A stretch of DNA of 64,000 nucleotides from Desulfatiglandales bacterium (lineage in GTDB: Bacteria > Desulfobacterota > DSM-4660 > Desulfatiglandales > Desulfatiglandaceae), in contig OY759599.1 in assembly GCA_963662465.1 (NCBI GenBank), positions 4,992,001-5,056,000 of the forward strand, read 5' to 3'. The position numbers and the translations under genes were made by a program. The notes under the pieces are model-generated. The model did no database searches. It saw only the letters and a list, made by a program, of their open reading frames with translations, and was not told where the DNA came from. The first letter of the stretch is position 1. Each line of letters begins with the position of its first letter. This document shows, one piece after another, positions 26,051 through 37,907 of this stretch.

Positions 26051-27424
26051 TCACAATTTTTCAAGCCGGTACCGCAGGGAACGCAGGTTAATACCCAAGA
26101 GATCCGCTGCCCGCTGTTTTGACCCCTGAGCCATTTTCATAGCCTGCGTCACATACTCCCTTTCAATTTCAGACATCACCTCGTCCAATTGAATCCCGTT
26201 TGGATCAAAAGGTCTCATTTGGCCTATTTTTTCAGAACCAGTTCCCGTACGCAAATTCGACAAAGTCAGGCTCCCCGGCAGGACAATATTTGAAGTCTCC
26301 AGCGCCACGCTTCGCTCGACGATATTCTCCAATTCCCTGACATTGCCGGGAAAAGCATATTCCTCCAGAATTGCCATGGCATAAGCGGAGATTTTACCAA
26401 TGTCTTTTCCCATCTCCAAGGAATATTTTTCGAGAAAATGCTGGGCCAGTCGAGGAATATCGCCTTTTCTCTCCCTCAAGGGGGGGAGGACAATGGGAAT
26501 CACGTTTAACCGAAAATAAAGATCCTCTCTGAAATTGCCATTGATCACTTCCGCTTCGAGATCTTTATTGGTGGCGGCAATGAAACGAACATCAACAACT
26601 TGCACGTCGGTGCCGCCAACGGCCGTAAAGGTTCTATCTTGGATAACCCGCAGCAACTTCACCTGGATGACCGGAGATAATTCACCAATTTCATCTAAAA
26701 AGACCGTCCCCCCATCGGCGACCCCGAACAGTCCTTCTTTATCGGCCATAGCGCCCGTAAAGGCCCCTTTTTTATAACCGAAAAGCTCGCTTTCGATGAG
26801 ATTCTCAGGAATCCCCGCACAATTAATCACGACAATGGGTCTATTTTTGCGGTTGCTGCAGTTATGAATGGCTCGCGCCACCAACTCCTTTCCAGTCCCG
26901 CTTTCACCCGAAATCAAAATATTGGTTCTGGTGCCGGCCACCCGTCGGATAAGATCATACACTTTCCGCATCCGCAGACTTTCACCAATGAGCGAACCGA
27001 AATGAGACTCTTCTTTGATTGATTCGAAATTTTCATGAGGAACCACGTGAACCGATTTCAATGCATCAGCAATAATCCGCTTGAAATCATGAACCTTAAA
27101 GGGCTTGGGCACATAGTCATAAGCGCCCTCTTTCATGGCCTCAACGGCGGTTTCAGCCGTGGCAAAAGCGGAAATCAAAACGACCACGGTAGAGGGATTT
27201 ACCTCCTTAACTTTTTTCAGCACCCCCAGCCCATCAATTTTTTTCATTCGAATATCGGTAATAACCAGATCGAAGGGCTCTTTTACTAGAAGCAGACAGG
27301 CTTCTTCGCCGTCCTTGGCGCAAACCACATGGTAACCCTCCTTGGCCAACATGATATCCAAGAACTCCCGCATGCTCTTTTCATCATCAACTACAAGGAT
27401 CTTTGGTCTCTCGCTGATAGACAA
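26051..27424 (-). CDS. sigma-54-dependent response regulator (NtrC/PilR type)
   Basis: Receiver ILVVDDE...DIRM; GESGTGKE, ESELFG...GAFTGA, FPGNVRELEN; Fis HTH. TTG 27424 follows a GGAGGG SD. Confidence 0.92.
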   Translation of the reverse strand: MSISERPKILVVDDEKSMREFLDIMLAKEGYHVVCAKDGEEACLLLVKEPFDLVITDIRMKKIDGLGVLKKVKEVNPSTVVVLISAFATAETAVEAMKEGAYDYVPKPFKVHDFKRIIADALKSVHVVPHENFESIKEESHFGSLIGESLRMRKVYDLIRRVAGTRTNILISGESGTGKELVARAIHNCSNRKNRPIVVINCAGIPENLIESELFGYKKGAFTGAMADKEGLFGVADGGTVFLDEIGELSPVIQVKLLRVIQDRTFTAVGGTDVQVVDVRFIAATNKDLEAEVINGNFREDLYFRLNVIPIVLPPLRERKGDIPRLAQHFLEKYSLEMGKDIGKISAYAMAILEEYAFPGNVRELENIVERSVALETSNIVLPGSLTLSNLRTGTGSEKIGQMRPFDPNGIQLDEVMSEIEREYVTQAMKMAQGSKQRAADLLGINLRSLRYRLEKL

Positions 27425-28691
27425 TCTTCCCTCCAACCATTGTCAAGTCGTTTCGCCCTTTCATCATTCTTCCTAAGAAAGGGGAATTCTTACTTTTTGA
27501 AAGAATATCCCTTTCTTCGAAACGATATTCACACGCCATATCAATAATGGCCAGATCAGCGTTTTCACCTTCTTTAATTCGGCCGCCGGGAATCCCCAAA
27601 ATACCGGCGCCATTAGCGGAGAGCTTTGAAACAGCATCCGGCAAGGTAATAATCCCTTCTCTCACCAGTTCCAGCGTCAAAGGAAGAGCCGTTTGAAGTC
27701 CAATCATTCCAAAAGCCGCTTTATCAAATTCCACATCCTTCGCGAGTCGGTCATGAGGCGCATGGTCCGTGGCAATCACATCGATAACGCCATCAGCAAG
27801 ACCCTTTTTAATGCCGGCGACATCTTCCGACGTCCGCAATGGCGGGTTGACTTTATATCGTGTATCATATCCCACGAGAGATTCATGCGTCAGTGTAAAG
27901 TAGTGGGGGGTGGTTTCAGCGGTCACAGGAAGGCCCTCATCCTTGGCGCGACGCACCAATTCAACCGAAACAGCGGTGCTGACGTGAGCAATGTGAACCG
28001 GACATCCGGTCAGTCGCGCAAGAGAAATTTCTCTGTAAACAAAAATATCCTCGCTTGCGCACGGTATCCCCGGTAAACCGATCCGCGTTGAAACCGCCCC
28101 TTCATGCATCACCCCGCCTCCGGACAGATTAAGATCCTCGCAGTGTGAAATCACGGTCAACCCACAATACCGTGCGTATTCAAGTGCCCGTCTCATCAAT
28201 TCACTGTTAACAACCGGAAAGCCGTCATCTGAAACACCCACGGCGCCGGCGGCAGCTAACTCGCAAAAATCAACAAGGGATTCCCCCTTCTGCCCTTTTG
28301 ATATGGCGGCAATAGGATAAACCGCGGCTGCGCAAGCCCTTTTACCCTGTTCAATAATAAACTCCGTAACGGAACGGCAATCGTTAGGCGGATCGGTATT
28401 CGGCATACAAGCCACAGCGGAATAGCCGCCGGCAGCGGCAGCCAAGGCCCCGCTGGCAATGGTTTCTTTGTACTCGTACCCGGGCTCTCTCAAATGAGCG
28501 TGAATATCCACCAAACCGGGAATTACAATTTTACCGAAGGCATCAATGGTTGTTGAAACCGCCGTTGCTTCGCCAAAAGTACCCTTTGGCAAAATTCTTG
28601 AGATCTTTCCATTCTCAATCAATAAATCTCTGTCCTCTACAGTACCCAAATGAGGATCAACAACCTTACCCCCTTTAATTAATATTATCAC
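27387..28691 (-). CDS. pyrC: dihydroorotase
   Basis: [43 protein letters not shown] start after GGAGG. Confidence 0.95.
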   Translation of the reverse strand: MIILIKGGKVVDPHLGTVEDRDLLIENGKISRILPKGTFGEATAVSTTIDAFGKIVIPGLVDIHAHLREPGYEYKETIASGALAAAAGGYSAVACMPNTDPPNDCRSVTEFIIEQGKRACAAAVYPIAAISKGQKGESLVDFCELAAAGAVGVSDDGFPVVNSELMRRALEYARYCGLTVISHCEDLNLSGGGVMHEGAVSTRIGLPGIPCASEDIFVYREISLARLTGCPVHIAHVSTAVSVELVRRAKDEGLPVTAETTPHYFTLTHESLVGYDTRYKVNPPLRTSEDVAGIKKGLADGVIDVIATDHAPHDRLAKDVEFDKAAFGMIGLQTALPLTLELVREGIITLPDAVSKLSANGAGILGIPGGRIKEGENADLAIIDMACEYRFEERDILSKSKNSPFLGRMMKGRNDLTMVGGKIVYQRETKDPCS

Positions 28692-29616
28692 TCTTTGCGC
28701 CTCCAATGAAAAGATAAAGAACCGCCATGCGCACGGCAACGCCATTGGCCACTTGGTCAAGAATGACTGAGTAAGGTCCATCCGCAACCTCATTGGAAAT
28801 CTCAACACCCCGATTCAAAGGGCCTGGATGCATCACAATCACGTCTTCCTTAGCACCCTTGAGCATATCTTCATTGAGGCAAAAAAAAGCGCTATACTCT
28901 CGAAGACTTGGAAAAAGGAGCTTGTTTTGTCGTTCCAACTGAACCCGCAACAACATTATCACATCGCAATCTTTGACCGCAATCGCCGGATCAGCGGAAA
29001 CAGATACGCCCATGGCCTCTATCCCTTTGGGAATCAAGGTTGGCGGCCCCGCAATCTTTACCTTCGCCCCCATTTTGACCAAGCCTATAATATCGGATCT
29101 AGCCACCCGACTGTGTGCGATATCCCCAACAATAGCGATTTTCAACCCTTTAATGGCGCCTTTTTTTTCCCGGATCGTATACAAATCAAGCAATGCCTGC
29201 GTCGGGTGTTCATTAACGCCGTCACCGGCGTTAATAACGGAAGCTCTCACCTCTTTTGCAAAGACATGGGGGGCGCCGCTTGAGGAGTGCCGCAAAACAA
29301 TAACGTCCGGATTCATTGCCTGAAGGTTTCTAGCGGTATCGAGAAGCGTTTCGCCTTTAACCATGCTGCTCGTTGAAGCCGAAAGGCTGAAAGTGTCTGC
29401 GCTCAACCGTTTCGCGGCAATTTCGAATGAGGTCCGCGTCCTGGTGCTGGGCTCGTAGAAAAAATTAATGACACTCTTGCCTCTGAGCGTCGGCGCCTTT
29501 TTGATATCTCTCACGGAAATGGACTTCAGGGACTCCGCGGTATCCAGAATTAACCCAATGTCTTCAACAGACAATGCCTCCATGCCAAGGAGGTCTTTAT
29601 GTTGGAATTTCCTCAC
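28675..29616 (-). CDS. pyrB: aspartate carbamoyltransferase catalytic subunit
   Basis: [36 protein letters not shown] 29616 after GGGGAG. Confidence 0.95.
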   Translation of the reverse strand: MRKFQHKDLLGMEALSVEDIGLILDTAESLKSISVRDIKKAPTLRGKSVINFFYEPSTRTRTSFEIAAKRLSADTFSLSASTSSMVKGETLLDTARNLQAMNPDVIVLRHSSSGAPHVFAKEVRASVINAGDGVNEHPTQALLDLYTIREKKGAIKGLKIAIVGDIAHSRVARSDIIGLVKMGAKVKIAGPPTLIPKGIEAMGVSVSADPAIAVKDCDVIMLLRVQLERQNKLLFPSLREYSAFFCLNEDMLKGAKEDVIVMHPGPLNRGVEISNEVADGPYSVILDQVANGVAVRMAVLYLFIGGAKSDNIN

Positions 29617-29629
29617 AGTCAACTCCCCG

Positions 29630-29666
29630 AAAAAAACCCTCTTGCCCGAATCGGGCAAGAGGGTTT
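29630..29666 (-). terminator. strong hairpin terminator between rplQ and pyrB
   Basis: aaaccctcttgcccga-t-tcgggcaagagggttt plus further Ts. Confidence 0.85.
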
Positions 29667-29809
29667 CAATTGTTTCTCCCACTTGGTTCCATGACCTATC
29701 TATACATTATACGCACAGCTCATGCCTTTCAGCAACAGCCAAATGCCTATTGATGTCGAAACGAAAGTGTCCCCAAAAAAATCTCTTGAAGACACAATTC
29801 AAATTCCGA

Positions 29810-30193
29810 TCAGTTCTTTGCAGCGCTCTCACCCTCTTCCTTGGCCAATAGTTGTACCACGGAAATGGAGGCGCTATCTCCCTTTCGAAAGCCCTTTTTG
29901 ATGATTCTAAGATACCCACCCTGCCTGTTCGAATACCGATGCTTCAATTCATCAAAAAGTCTATGGGTAACATTTTTATCCTGCATATAGCTAAGGGCCT
30001 GACGCCTCGCATGAAGATCGCCTCTTTTTGCAAGCGTAATCATCTTTTCGGCAATCGGCCTGATCGCTTTGGCTTTGGCGTCAGTGGTTTCTATCTGCTC
30101 ATATTTAAAAAGCGACGTCACCATATTTCTCAGCATCGCCCTGCGATGACTCGTATTCCGCCCTAACTGATTTCCAGCCTTCCTGTGCCTCAT
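29810..30193 (-). CDS. rplQ: 50S ribosomal protein L17
   Basis: [22 protein letters not shown]. Confidence 0.97.
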   Translation of the reverse strand: MRHRKAGNQLGRNTSHRRAMLRNMVTSLFKYEQIETTDAKAKAIRPIAEKMITLAKRGDLHARRQALSYMQDKNVTHRLFDELKHRYSNRQGGYLRIIKKGFRKGDSASISVVQLLAKEEGESAAKN

Positions 30194-30204
30194 CGATTTT
30201 TCCC

Positions 30205-31398
30205 CTATTCCTGATCCTTTTTGTCACCATTCTCTTCTTCTAAGTCTTCGCCTCTTTGCACAGTAGAAGTTTCATCATCCTCCCCTACCATCAATGCAGC
30301 CTCTTCTTCATCTTCAGGAAGAATCTCGTCTTCATCGAACGAATCAGTGTTGTCCTCTTCTTCATCCAAGTCCTGGGAGGGCGCAAAAAAATCAAGTTTC
30401 ATGCCCAAAGAAAGCCCCATATCAGTCAAAATGGCTTTTATTTCATTTAAAGATTTCCGTCCAAAATTCTTTGTTTTGAGCATTTCAGCATCTGTCTTCT
30501 GAACCAATTCGCCAATGAGATTAATCTTGGCATTTTGCAAACAATTGGCAGACCGAACGGATAATTCAAGATCGGAAACCGGGCGGAAAAGGTTCTCGTT
30601 AACATCTTCGTTCTGGCTAACTTCTTCTTCCTCAAAAGGTTCAGCTTCTTCTTCAAAATTAATAAACGGATTCATCTGTTCCTTGAGGATCTTAGCTGCA
30701 AAAGCAACTGCGTCTTCAGGAAAAACACTTCCATCAGTCCAGACCTCCAAGGTAAGCTTATCATAATCCGTAACTTGCCCTACTCTCGAATTGGTGATCA
30801 CATAATTAACTTTTTGAACACACGAAAACGCTGCATCAATGGCGATAACCCCGATGGGCATACTTTCGTCTTTAAGCCTTTCAGCGGGAACATACCCCTT
30901 GCCCATTCTGACCACCATCTCCATATTCAACTTGCCTTCTTTGTTCAAGGTGGCAATGTGCTGATCAGGTTCAAGAATCTCTACAAAACCCTCAGTTTGA
31001 ATATCCCCCGCCGTAACGACGCCTTCACCTTCTCGACTGATATGAATAATAGCTTCTTCAACATCAAGGGCCTTAAGTTTAATCTCCTTCAGATTGAGAA
31101 TGATATCTGTAACATCCTCCAACACACCGGGTATGCTGGAGAATTCATGAACGACGCCGTCAAACTTAACAGATACAATCGCCGCCCCCTGCAGGGATGA
31201 TAGCAGAATTCGCCTCAACGAATTTCCGATCGTAATGCCAAAGCCCCTCTCCAGCGGCTCACATACAAATTTACCGTAAGTATTTGTATTGTTTTCTTGA
31301 TCGATTTCAATCCGTTTTGGTTTTATCAACTCCCGCCAATTTCTGCTTTTTAGATCTGCCAAAAAAGCCTCCCCATTGATTGATTCACTTTTTTGCAA
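30205..31398 (-). CDS. rpoA: RNA polymerase alpha subunit (with acidic C-terminal tail)
   Basis: [44 protein letters not shown]. Confidence 0.98.
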   Translation of the reverse strand: MQKSESINGEAFLADLKSRNWRELIKPKRIEIDQENNTNTYGKFVCEPLERGFGITIGNSLRRILLSSLQGAAIVSVKFDGVVHEFSSIPGVLEDVTDIILNLKEIKLKALDVEEAIIHISREGEGVVTAGDIQTEGFVEILEPDQHIATLNKEGKLNMEMVVRMGKGYVPAERLKDESMPIGVIAIDAAFSCVQKVNYVITNSRVGQVTDYDKLTLEVWTDGSVFPEDAVAFAAKILKEQMNPFINFEEEAEPFEEEEVSQNEDVNENLFRPVSDLELSVRSANCLQNAKINLIGELVQKTDAEMLKTKNFGRKSLNEIKAILTDMGLSLGMKLDFFAPSQDLDEEEDNTDSFDEDEILPEDEEEAALMVGEDDETSTVQRGEDLEEENGDKKDQE

Positions 31399-31430
31399 TG
31401 CATCCTCAGTAAATTCTCAGCTGAATCATC

Positions 31431-32060
31431 CTACTTCGAGTATAATTCGACAATAAGCTGTTCCTGAATCGGCATCGTTAGATCTTCTCGATTTGGCAGC
31501 CCCTTCATTGTCCCCTTATAGGCTGCCTTATCTACTTCCATCCAGCCTGGAACACCACGCCTGACCACTGTCTCCAGAGCCTCAACAATCTGGGAAATTT
31601 CTCGACTTTTCTCCTTTGGCTCAACAACATCACCCATTTTCACCTGAAATGAGGGAATATTGACTTTTCTCTGGTTGACTAAAAAGTGATTATGTCTAAC
31701 CAACTGCCGAGCCTGTGTTCTGGAGGCGGCAAAACCCATCTTATACACAACATTATCCAATCTACTTTCAAGCAACAGGAGCAGATTCGTGCCGGTAATG
31801 CCCTTTTGTTTATCCGCCCTATAGTAATATCCCTTAAACTGTTTCTCCAGGATACCATAAATTCTTTTAACCTTCTGTTTCTCTCTGAGCTGCTGGTTGT
31901 AGTCAGAGAGCTTTCCCCCTCTTCGCTGGCCATGCTGTCCAGGCGCATAGGCCCGCCTCTCAAATGCGCATTTATCTCCGTAGCAACGATCTCCCTTAAG
32001 AAAAAGCTTTAAGTTTTCACGTCGGCACAACCTGCATGAAGAATCCGTATATCTAGCCAA
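31431..32060 (-). CDS. rpsD: 30S ribosomal protein S4
   Basis: ARYT..CRLCRRE...LIVELYSK. Confidence 0.98.
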   Translation of the reverse strand: MARYTDSSCRLCRRENLKLFLKGDRCYGDKCAFERRAYAPGQHGQRRGGKLSDYNQQLREKQKVKRIYGILEKQFKGYYYRADKQKGITGTNLLLLLESRLDNVVYKMGFAASRTQARQLVRHNHFLVNQRKVNIPSFQVKMGDVVEPKEKSREISQIVEALETVVRRGVPGWMEVDKAAYKGTMKGLPNREDLTMPIQEQLIVELYSK

Positions 32061-32158
32061 GCTAGCCCCTCCTACCTTCCGTACTTATGTCTGATGTTCA
32101 TTGTTTTGAACCGGCATTTCCATGATTCAACGAAAAATGATACTCAAATGATAATTTT

Positions 32159-32554
32159 TTAGACCCTTCGCCTTTTCGGAGGCCGACAACCGTTATGGGG
32201 TATAGGAGTGACATCCCGGATCATCGTAACGGTAAATCCATCAACCTGTAGCGAACGAAGAGCGGACTCTCGACCCACCCCAGGCCCCTTTACACGAACC
32301 TCAGCCACACGCATACCTTGATCCATGGCTTTCCTGAGTGCATCACGCCCAGCAATCTGAGCAGCAAAGGGCGTACTTTTCCGTGAGCCTTTTATGCCAC
32401 CCCGACCTGCACTTGATTGCGCTACGACATTACCGCTCGGATCCGTGATGGTGACAATGGTGTTATTGAAAGTGGACTGAATATGAACAATCCCCGTCGG
32501 GACATTTTTTTTCTCCCGCTTGGACCGACTTTTCTTTTTTTCGGTTCTTGCCAT
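32159..32554 (-). CDS. rpsK: 30S ribosomal protein S11
   Basis: STFNNTIVT...[18 protein letters not shown]. Confidence 0.98.
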   Translation of the reverse strand: MARTEKKKSRSKREKKNVPTGIVHIQSTFNNTIVTITDPSGNVVAQSSAGRGGIKGSRKSTPFAAQIAGRDALRKAMDQGMRVAEVRVKGPGVGRESALRSLQVDGFTVTMIRDVTPIPHNGCRPPKRRRV

Positions 32555-32569
32555 GCTATTCCCTCACCT

Positions 32570-32941
32570 CTATTTCTTCCGTTTCCCCATCACTGCCCTT
32601 CTGGGGCCCTTTCTTGTCCTGGCATTCGTGCTGGTTCTCTGCCCCCGGACCGGTAATCCGCGCCTGTGTCTTAAACCTCGATAGAGGCGCAAATCCATAA
32701 GCCTCTTGATGTTCATGGATACTTCTCGCCTTAGATCGCCCTCAACGGTATGCTTTTCATCGATGATCTTTCGAATACTGGCAATCTGTTCAGAGGTCAG
32801 CTCATCAGACTTGATATCCCAATCGATACCCGCCTCGGAGAGCATTTTCTGGGAAGAAGACCTCCCGATGCCAAATATGTACGTCAGAGCAATCTCTATC
32901 CTCTTTCCTCTTGGTAAATCGACGCCTGCGATCCTTGCCAA
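32570..32941 (-). CDS. rpsM: 30S ribosomal protein S13
   Basis: ARIAGVDLP...[17 protein letters not shown]. Confidence 0.98.
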   Translation of the reverse strand: MARIAGVDLPRGKRIEIALTYIFGIGRSSSQKMLSEAGIDWDIKSDELTSEQIASIRKIIDEKHTVEGDLRREVSMNIKRLMDLRLYRGLRHRRGLPVRGQRTSTNARTRKGPRRAVMGKRKK

Positions 32942-33028
32942 TCTATAGCTCCTCTTTTCACGCCTTTTGTTCTATCAACAGCGTACAGCCCTGCCCACTC
33001 AGCCATTGGACTGTTACCTATAGGGAAA

Positions 33029-33145
33029 TTATTTTCCCTGCCTCTGCTTATGACGAGGGTTCTCGCATATCACACGAGTGATACCGTGTCGCCGAATAAT
33101 CTTGCAGTTCTTGCACATTTTTTTTACTGATGGTCGCACTTTCAT
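33029..33145 (-). CDS. rpmJ: 50S ribosomal protein L36 (Zn-binding type)
   Basis: Hand translation [38 protein letters not shown]; below the ORF-track cutoff. Confidence 0.95.
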   Translation of the reverse strand: MKVRPSVKKMCKNCKIIRRHGITRVICENPRHKQRQGK

Positions 33146-33199
33146 AACCGCACCTACTCCTTAGTAATAGTAAGACAATGTCAATCATCATTCTATTTA

Positions 33200-33418
33200 C
33201 TACAACGCTCTATAAATAATCCGTCCTCGGCTCAAATCATAGGGAGATAATTCTATTGTAACCACATCACCTGATAAAATTTTTATAAAATTTTTCCTCA
33301 TTTTTCCAGAGATGTGACCCAGTACCCGATGACCATTTTTCAGTTCAATTCGAAACTGTGCATTTGGGAGCGTCTCAATCACAACCCCTTGAACTTCAAT
33401 GGATTCATCTTTACCCAT
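33200..33418 (-). CDS. infA: translation initiation factor IF-1
   Basis: ETLPNA.F...GHISGKMR...ELSPYDL.RGRI. Confidence 0.97.
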   Translation of the reverse strand: MGKDESIEVQGVVIETLPNAQFRIELKNGHRVLGHISGKMRKNFIKILSGDVVTIELSPYDLSRGRIIYRAL

Positions 33419-33515
33419 GGTTTTAATCCTGCGGGTTGAACTACTTTTTCAAAACTGCCAAACAAAATACCCCACAACTCGCTGGAATCCAAATTTTCAC
33501 CCTAGAAAAATAAAA

Positions 33516-34829
33516 CTACCTCGTTTTACCGAAGCCCTTTTTCATAAAGCCTTCATAATGACGCGTCAGCATATGGGACTCAATCTGATTTGTGGTGTCC
33601 ATTGCAACGCCCACAACGATCAGAAGAGCAGTGCCCCCAAAATAGAAAGGTACATGCGCGTGATAGATCAAGATATTGGGCAAAACGCATACAGCTGAAA
33701 CATAAATGGCACCGGAAAAAGTCAGTCTTGTTAAAACGCGATCGATATACTCTGCCGTATTTTTCCCAGGCCTGATGCCCGGAATAAATCCACCCGAACG
33801 TTTCATATTATCAGCAACATCAACAGGATTAAAATGAACCGCCGTATAGAAATAGCAGAAAAAGAAAATAAACGTCACATAAATTGATGTGTAAACGATA
33901 TGTCCGGGCGCCAAAGCATTGACAACATGCTGGAGCCAGGGATATTCCTCAACGCTCAAAAAATTGGCAATGGTCGCGGGGAACATGATGATGGAAGAAG
34001 CGAAAATCGGTGGAATAACGCCGGCAGTATTGACTTTTAAGGGAAGATGCGTCGTCTGTCCCCCATACATCTTTCGTCCCACCACTCGCTTTGCATACTG
34101 CACGGGAATCCTTCGCTGTCCACGTTCAACAAAAACGATAACACCCACCACGACGATCATCAAAACCAAAATGAGCGCCATAAAAAAAGGCGTCACCTCT
34201 CCAGTTCCCATGAGTCTGAAGCTGTTCATCACCGCCACAGGGAGCCCAGCCACAATCCCCGAAAAAATAATCAGAGATATGCCATTTCCAATCCCTCTCT
34301 CCGTGATCTGCTCTCCCAGCCACATTAGAAATGAAGTCCCCGCCGTAAGGGTAATAACGGTTAAAACACGAAATCCCCAACCACCAACGGGCACCACCAT
34401 CACACCACCGGGGCTGGTCATGTTCTCGAGACCGACTGCAATGCCAAACCCTTGAATAACGCTGAGGATCACGGTCCCATATCGTGTATATTGCGTAATC
34501 TTTTTACGGCCCTGTTCTCCCTCTTTCTTTAGTTTTTCAAGATAGGGAACAACAACGGTCATCAGCTCTAAAATAATAGAAGCACTGATATAGGGCATAA
34601 TCCCAAGAGCCATAACCGACATCTGACTCAACGCACCGCCCGAAAACATGTCAAATAGTCCAAAAAGAGTTCCCTGCCTGGCGCCGAAAAAAGCCGCCAA
34701 TGCCGCGCCATCAATTCCAGGCGTTGGGATATGGCACCCCACCCGGTAAACAGCAAGCATCAGCAGAGTAAACAGAATCTTTTTCTTCAACTCAGGGATC
34801 TTGGGAATATTCTGCAGGCCACCAATCAT
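33516..34829 (-). CDS. secY: preprotein translocase SecY
   Basis: [47 protein letters not shown]. Confidence 0.98.
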   Translation of the reverse strand: MIGGLQNIPKIPELKKKILFTLLMLAVYRVGCHIPTPGIDGAALAAFFGARQGTLFGLFDMFSGGALSQMSVMALGIMPYISASIILELMTVVVPYLEKLKKEGEQGRKKITQYTRYGTVILSVIQGFGIAVGLENMTSPGGVMVVPVGGWGFRVLTVITLTAGTSFLMWLGEQITERGIGNGISLIIFSGIVAGLPVAVMNSFRLMGTGEVTPFFMALILVLMIVVVGVIVFVERGQRRIPVQYAKRVVGRKMYGGQTTHLPLKVNTAGVIPPIFASSIIMFPATIANFLSVEEYPWLQHVVNALAPGHIVYTSIYVTFIFFFCYFYTAVHFNPVDVADNMKRSGGFIPGIRPGKNTAEYIDRVLTRLTFSGAIYVSAVCVLPNILIYHAHVPFYFGGTALLIVVGVAMDTTNQIESHMLTRHYEGFMKKGFGKTR

Positions 34830-34889
34830 TCAATTATCTCATATTATGATTTTGTAAGGGAACCATCCGGCGTATTAAAGCCTAAAAAA

Positions 34890-35330
34890 CTAGAGAATTT
34901 CTACCCTTCCTCCAGCGCCCTCTATTTTCTTTCTTGCCGATTCACTGATTTTATGGATTCGGACCACCAAGGGATGAGAAATCTCGCCGCTGCCAAGCAA
35001 CTTAACACCATCCAACATCTTCCATACCAGGCCCGCCTGTTTCAAAGTATCCGGATCCAATTGAGAATCAGGTTCAAAGCGACCTAAGTCGCCGACATTG
35101 ACAACGCTGTACTCTTTCCGAAAAGGATTTTTAAAGCCACGCTTCGGTAGGCGCCTGTGTATAGGCATCTGCCCCCCTTCGAAGCCGGGTCGAATCCCCC
35201 CGCCGGATCGGGATTTCTGCCCTTTATGCCCCCGGCAGCTGGTTTTACCATGCCCCGATCCGGGCCCTCTCCCGACTCTCTTCCTTGCCCGTCTTGACCC
35301 TTCCGCGGGTGAAAGCTCATTAATTTTCAT
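34890..35330 (-). CDS. rplO: 50S ribosomal protein L15
   Basis: RVGRGPGSGHGKT...FEGGQMP..RRLPKRGF. Confidence 0.98.
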   Translation of the reverse strand: MKINELSPAEGSRRARKRVGRGPGSGHGKTSCRGHKGQKSRSGGGIRPGFEGGQMPIHRRLPKRGFKNPFRKEYSVVNVGDLGRFEPDSQLDPDTLKQAGLVWKMLDGVKLLGSGEISHPLVVRIHKISESARKKIEGAGGRVEIL

Positions 35331-35348
35331 TCCCTTTCCCCATCTTTC

Positions 35349-35525
35349 TCAACCAACTTTTACCAGGAACGAAACTTTGTTAATCATACCCCTGATCGCT
35401 GGTGTATTTTTCAACTCTACGGACTTCCTCAATTTGATCAGGCCGATCCCTCTCAAAGTATCTCGAATCTTTTTGTTTTTACCTATGCCGCTTTTTACAA
35501 GGGTAACTTTAATAGTTTCTTTCAT
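35349..35525 (-). CDS. rpmD: 50S ribosomal protein L30
   Basis: Hand translation [15 protein letters not shown]...[19 protein letters not shown]; canonical position. Confidence 0.93.
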   Translation of the reverse strand: MKETIKVTLVKSGIGKNKKIRDTLRGIGLIKLRKSVELKNTPAIRGMINKVSFLVKVG

Positions 35526-35593
35526 GGCTTAGACTCTCTTACAAAAGCGTTGGAAACAAATTCAATCGCATAATCCGCTTCCAGTATTTTAAA

Positions 35594-36115
35594 TTATTGA
35601 ACCGGTGCGTTATCTGCCCCAGCGCCCGCGTTTTCCAGGACCTTTCCCCTTCGGGACATGATCTCAACCGGATCTCGCAACGACCTTAATCCTTTAATGG
35701 TGGCTTTTACGATATTATGTGCATTATGGGAACCCAGACATTTAGTCAGAATATTCTGAACCCCAGCCGCCTCCAAAACAGCGCGAACGCCACCTCCGGC
35801 GATAAGACCCGTACCCGGCCCTGCCGGCTTCAGAAGAACACGACCCGCTCCCCATTTCCCAATGACCTCGTAAGGAATAGAAGTTTCATGCAAAACCACC
35901 ATGTTCATATCCCTCTTGGCCTTCTCAACGCCCTTTCTTATGGCCTCAGGCACCTGATTTGCTTTACCAAGTCCACAACCGACCGTTCCATTGCCATCAC
36001 CCACAACGACGATAGCGCTAAAACTGAACCGTCGGCCACCTTTTACAACCTTTGCCACCCGGTTAATGTGGACCACCTTTTCAATTAGCTGAACTTCATC
36101 ATCTCCCTCAAACAA
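35594..36115 (-). CDS. rpsE: 30S ribosomal protein S5
   Basis: [18 protein letters not shown]. Confidence 0.98.
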   Translation of the reverse strand: MFEGDDEVQLIEKVVHINRVAKVVKGGRRFSFSAIVVVGDGNGTVGCGLGKANQVPEAIRKGVEKAKRDMNMVVLHETSIPYEVIGKWGAGRVLLKPAGPGTGLIAGGGVRAVLEAAGVQNILTKCLGSHNAHNIVKATIKGLRSLRDPVEIMSRRGKVLENAGAGADNAPVQ

Positions 36116-36244
36116 TGGAACTCTCCCTACCTTTCGTCAGAAACCGCATTTCGGCCCACAAACCCGTGTTCCTTAAACCGGATGAGGACCCCCAAGACTT
36201 AAATCCGTTTCCCTCGGTTGCAAAAAACCACGAGGCAATTAACA

Positions 36245-36613
36245 TCAAAACTGAAGTCCACTTTCCCTTGCCGCTTTTGATAGCGCTTCTACACGTCCAT
36301 GATATAAAAAACCATTTCTATCAAATGCCACTTTTTTAATTCCCTTTGCAAGAGCAGCAGTGCCTATGGCAGACCCAACAACCGAGGCGCCTTTTTTATT
36401 GCCGCTATCCTTGCCGACCTTCGAAAGAAGATCTTTTGACAGAGAAGAAACGGCAACCAGTGTTCTGCCCGTCGTGTCATCAATCACCTGTGCATATATA
36501 TGTTTTCCACTCCTGAAAACACACAAACGAGGTCTCTCAGCACTTCCCTTTACGCGCTTCCTGACACGCATTTTTCGCTTCAATCTTCTCTTAACACTAT
36601 TGTCGGCACCCAT
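36245..36613 (-). CDS. rplR: 50S ribosomal protein L18
   Basis: [18 protein letters not shown]...[12 protein letters not shown]. Confidence 0.98.
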   Translation of the reverse strand: MGADNSVKRRLKRKMRVRKRVKGSAERPRLCVFRSGKHIYAQVIDDTTGRTLVAVSSLSKDLLSKVGKDSGNKKGASVVGSAIGTAALAKGIKKVAFDRNGFLYHGRVEALSKAARESGLQF

Positions 36614-36649
36614 TTCGGAAACCCCTTCACCCTTAATTGCGCAATCGTT

Positions 36650-37186
36650 TTACTTGGCTCCAGCCTTTCCTGCCTTTCTCCGAATACTTTCAGAAACGTA
36701 CTTAACCCCTTTGCCTTTGTAAGGCTCAGGTTTTCTCAAACTTCGGATTTTAGCAGCAGTCCTGCCTAAAAGCTCTTTATCAATTCCGCTCAGCACGATC
36801 TTACTTTTATCCACAGTCGCATCAATCCCATCAGGAAGATCAAAACTGATAGGATTCGAATATCCCAGATTAAATACCGCTGTTCTACCGTTAAGCTCAG
36901 CCCGATAACCAACGCCGACAATTTCCAACGCCTTTTCAAATCCTTGGGTAACACCCGTGACCATATTTAAGACAAGCGCACCGAAAAGCCCATGAAGCGC
37001 CCGCGTTTCCCTTAGGTTATCCGTTGCGGAAACCAACAGGCTTTCACTATTAATTTCCACGCCAATCTTGTGATGGATACGACGTTGAAGTACGCCTTTC
37101 GGCCCTTTTACGGTCATCATGTCCCCATCAATCTTGACCTCAACATCCTTTGTTATTGGGATGGGCCGCTTACCTATGCGTGACAT
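36650..37186 (-). CDS. rplF: 50S ribosomal protein L6
   Basis: MSRIGK.PI...PEPYKGKG. Confidence 0.98.
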   Translation of the reverse strand: MSRIGKRPIPITKDVEVKIDGDMMTVKGPKGVLQRRIHHKIGVEINSESLLVSATDNLRETRALHGLFGALVLNMVTGVTQGFEKALEIVGVGYRAELNGRTAVFNLGYSNPISFDLPDGIDATVDKSKIVLSGIDKELLGRTAAKIRSLRKPEPYKGKGVKYVSESIRRKAGKAGAK

Positions 37187-37227
37187 CAAAAACCTCCAAG
37201 TTTTTGCATTTATTATACCTTAAGAAA

Positions 37228-37626
37228 CTACCAAACAGAGCAAAGAATTTCACCACCCAATTTTCGTTTGCGCGCCTCGCGGTCCGTCATAATCCCTTTG
37301 GAGGTCGAAACAACGTTTACGCCGTACCCATTTAAAACCTCAGGTATTTCATTATACCCCGAGTACACACGACAACTTGGCTTGCTTATTCGCTTTAGCC
37401 CCTCAATAACGGGAACGCCATTTTTATCAAATTTCAGAAATACCCTGATAAATCGATGCTGACCATCGGAAATTATCCTGAGATTCTTAATATAACCCTC
37501 TGATTTAAGGACATTGGCCAAATTGATCTTCAACTTGGAACTTGGAATGTTTACAAGTTCATGTGCCGCCCTCATCGCGTTTCGAATACGCGTCAGCATG
37601 TCAGCAACCGGATCCGTCATACCCAT
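37228..37626 (-). CDS. rpsH: 30S ribosomal protein S8
   Basis: [15 protein letters not shown]...STSKG...GGE. Confidence 0.98.
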   Translation of the reverse strand: MGMTDPVADMLTRIRNAMRAAHELVNIPSSKLKINLANVLKSEGYIKNLRIISDGQHRFIRVFLKFDKNGVPVIEGLKRISKPSCRVYSGYNEIPEVLNGYGVNVVSTSKGIMTDREARKRKLGGEILCSVW

Positions 37627-37694
37627 CGTTCACTCTGCCCCCTGATTATTTGCAATCCAAGCCTGCCGGCTTCCGGATCGAAAAATTCCAAAAT

Positions 37695-37880
37695 TTACCA
37701 GCTTGATTTGACCACCCCAGGGAGTTCTCCTCTTGAGGCCATGCTCCTGAAACAGATACGGCAAATCCCGAATGTTCTTAAATAGGCCCTCCGTCGACCA
37801 CATATCGGGCAACGGTTGTACTGACGGCTCGAAAACTTTGGTTTTCGTTGGGCTTTTACAACAAGCGACTTCCTAGCCAA
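37695..37880 (-). CDS. rpsN: 30S ribosomal protein S14, type Z
   Basis: 61 aa, RCPICGR...CRICFR. Confidence 0.97.
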   Translation of the reverse strand: MARKSLVVKAQRKPKFSSRQYNRCPICGRRRAYLRTFGICRICFRSMASRGELPGVVKSSW

Positions 37881-37907
37881 AATAACCCCCTCTTTAATAC
37901 AACAACG

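Noticed and set aside
28692..28808. Extended PyrC start overlapping pyrB by more than 100 nt
   Set aside because: Homology begins at GTG 28691, which has a GGAGG SD.
29617..29682. 22-aa N-terminal extension of PyrB in the ORF track
   Set aside because: It runs through the terminator hairpin; GTG 29616 has a proper SD and matches the usual PyrB start.
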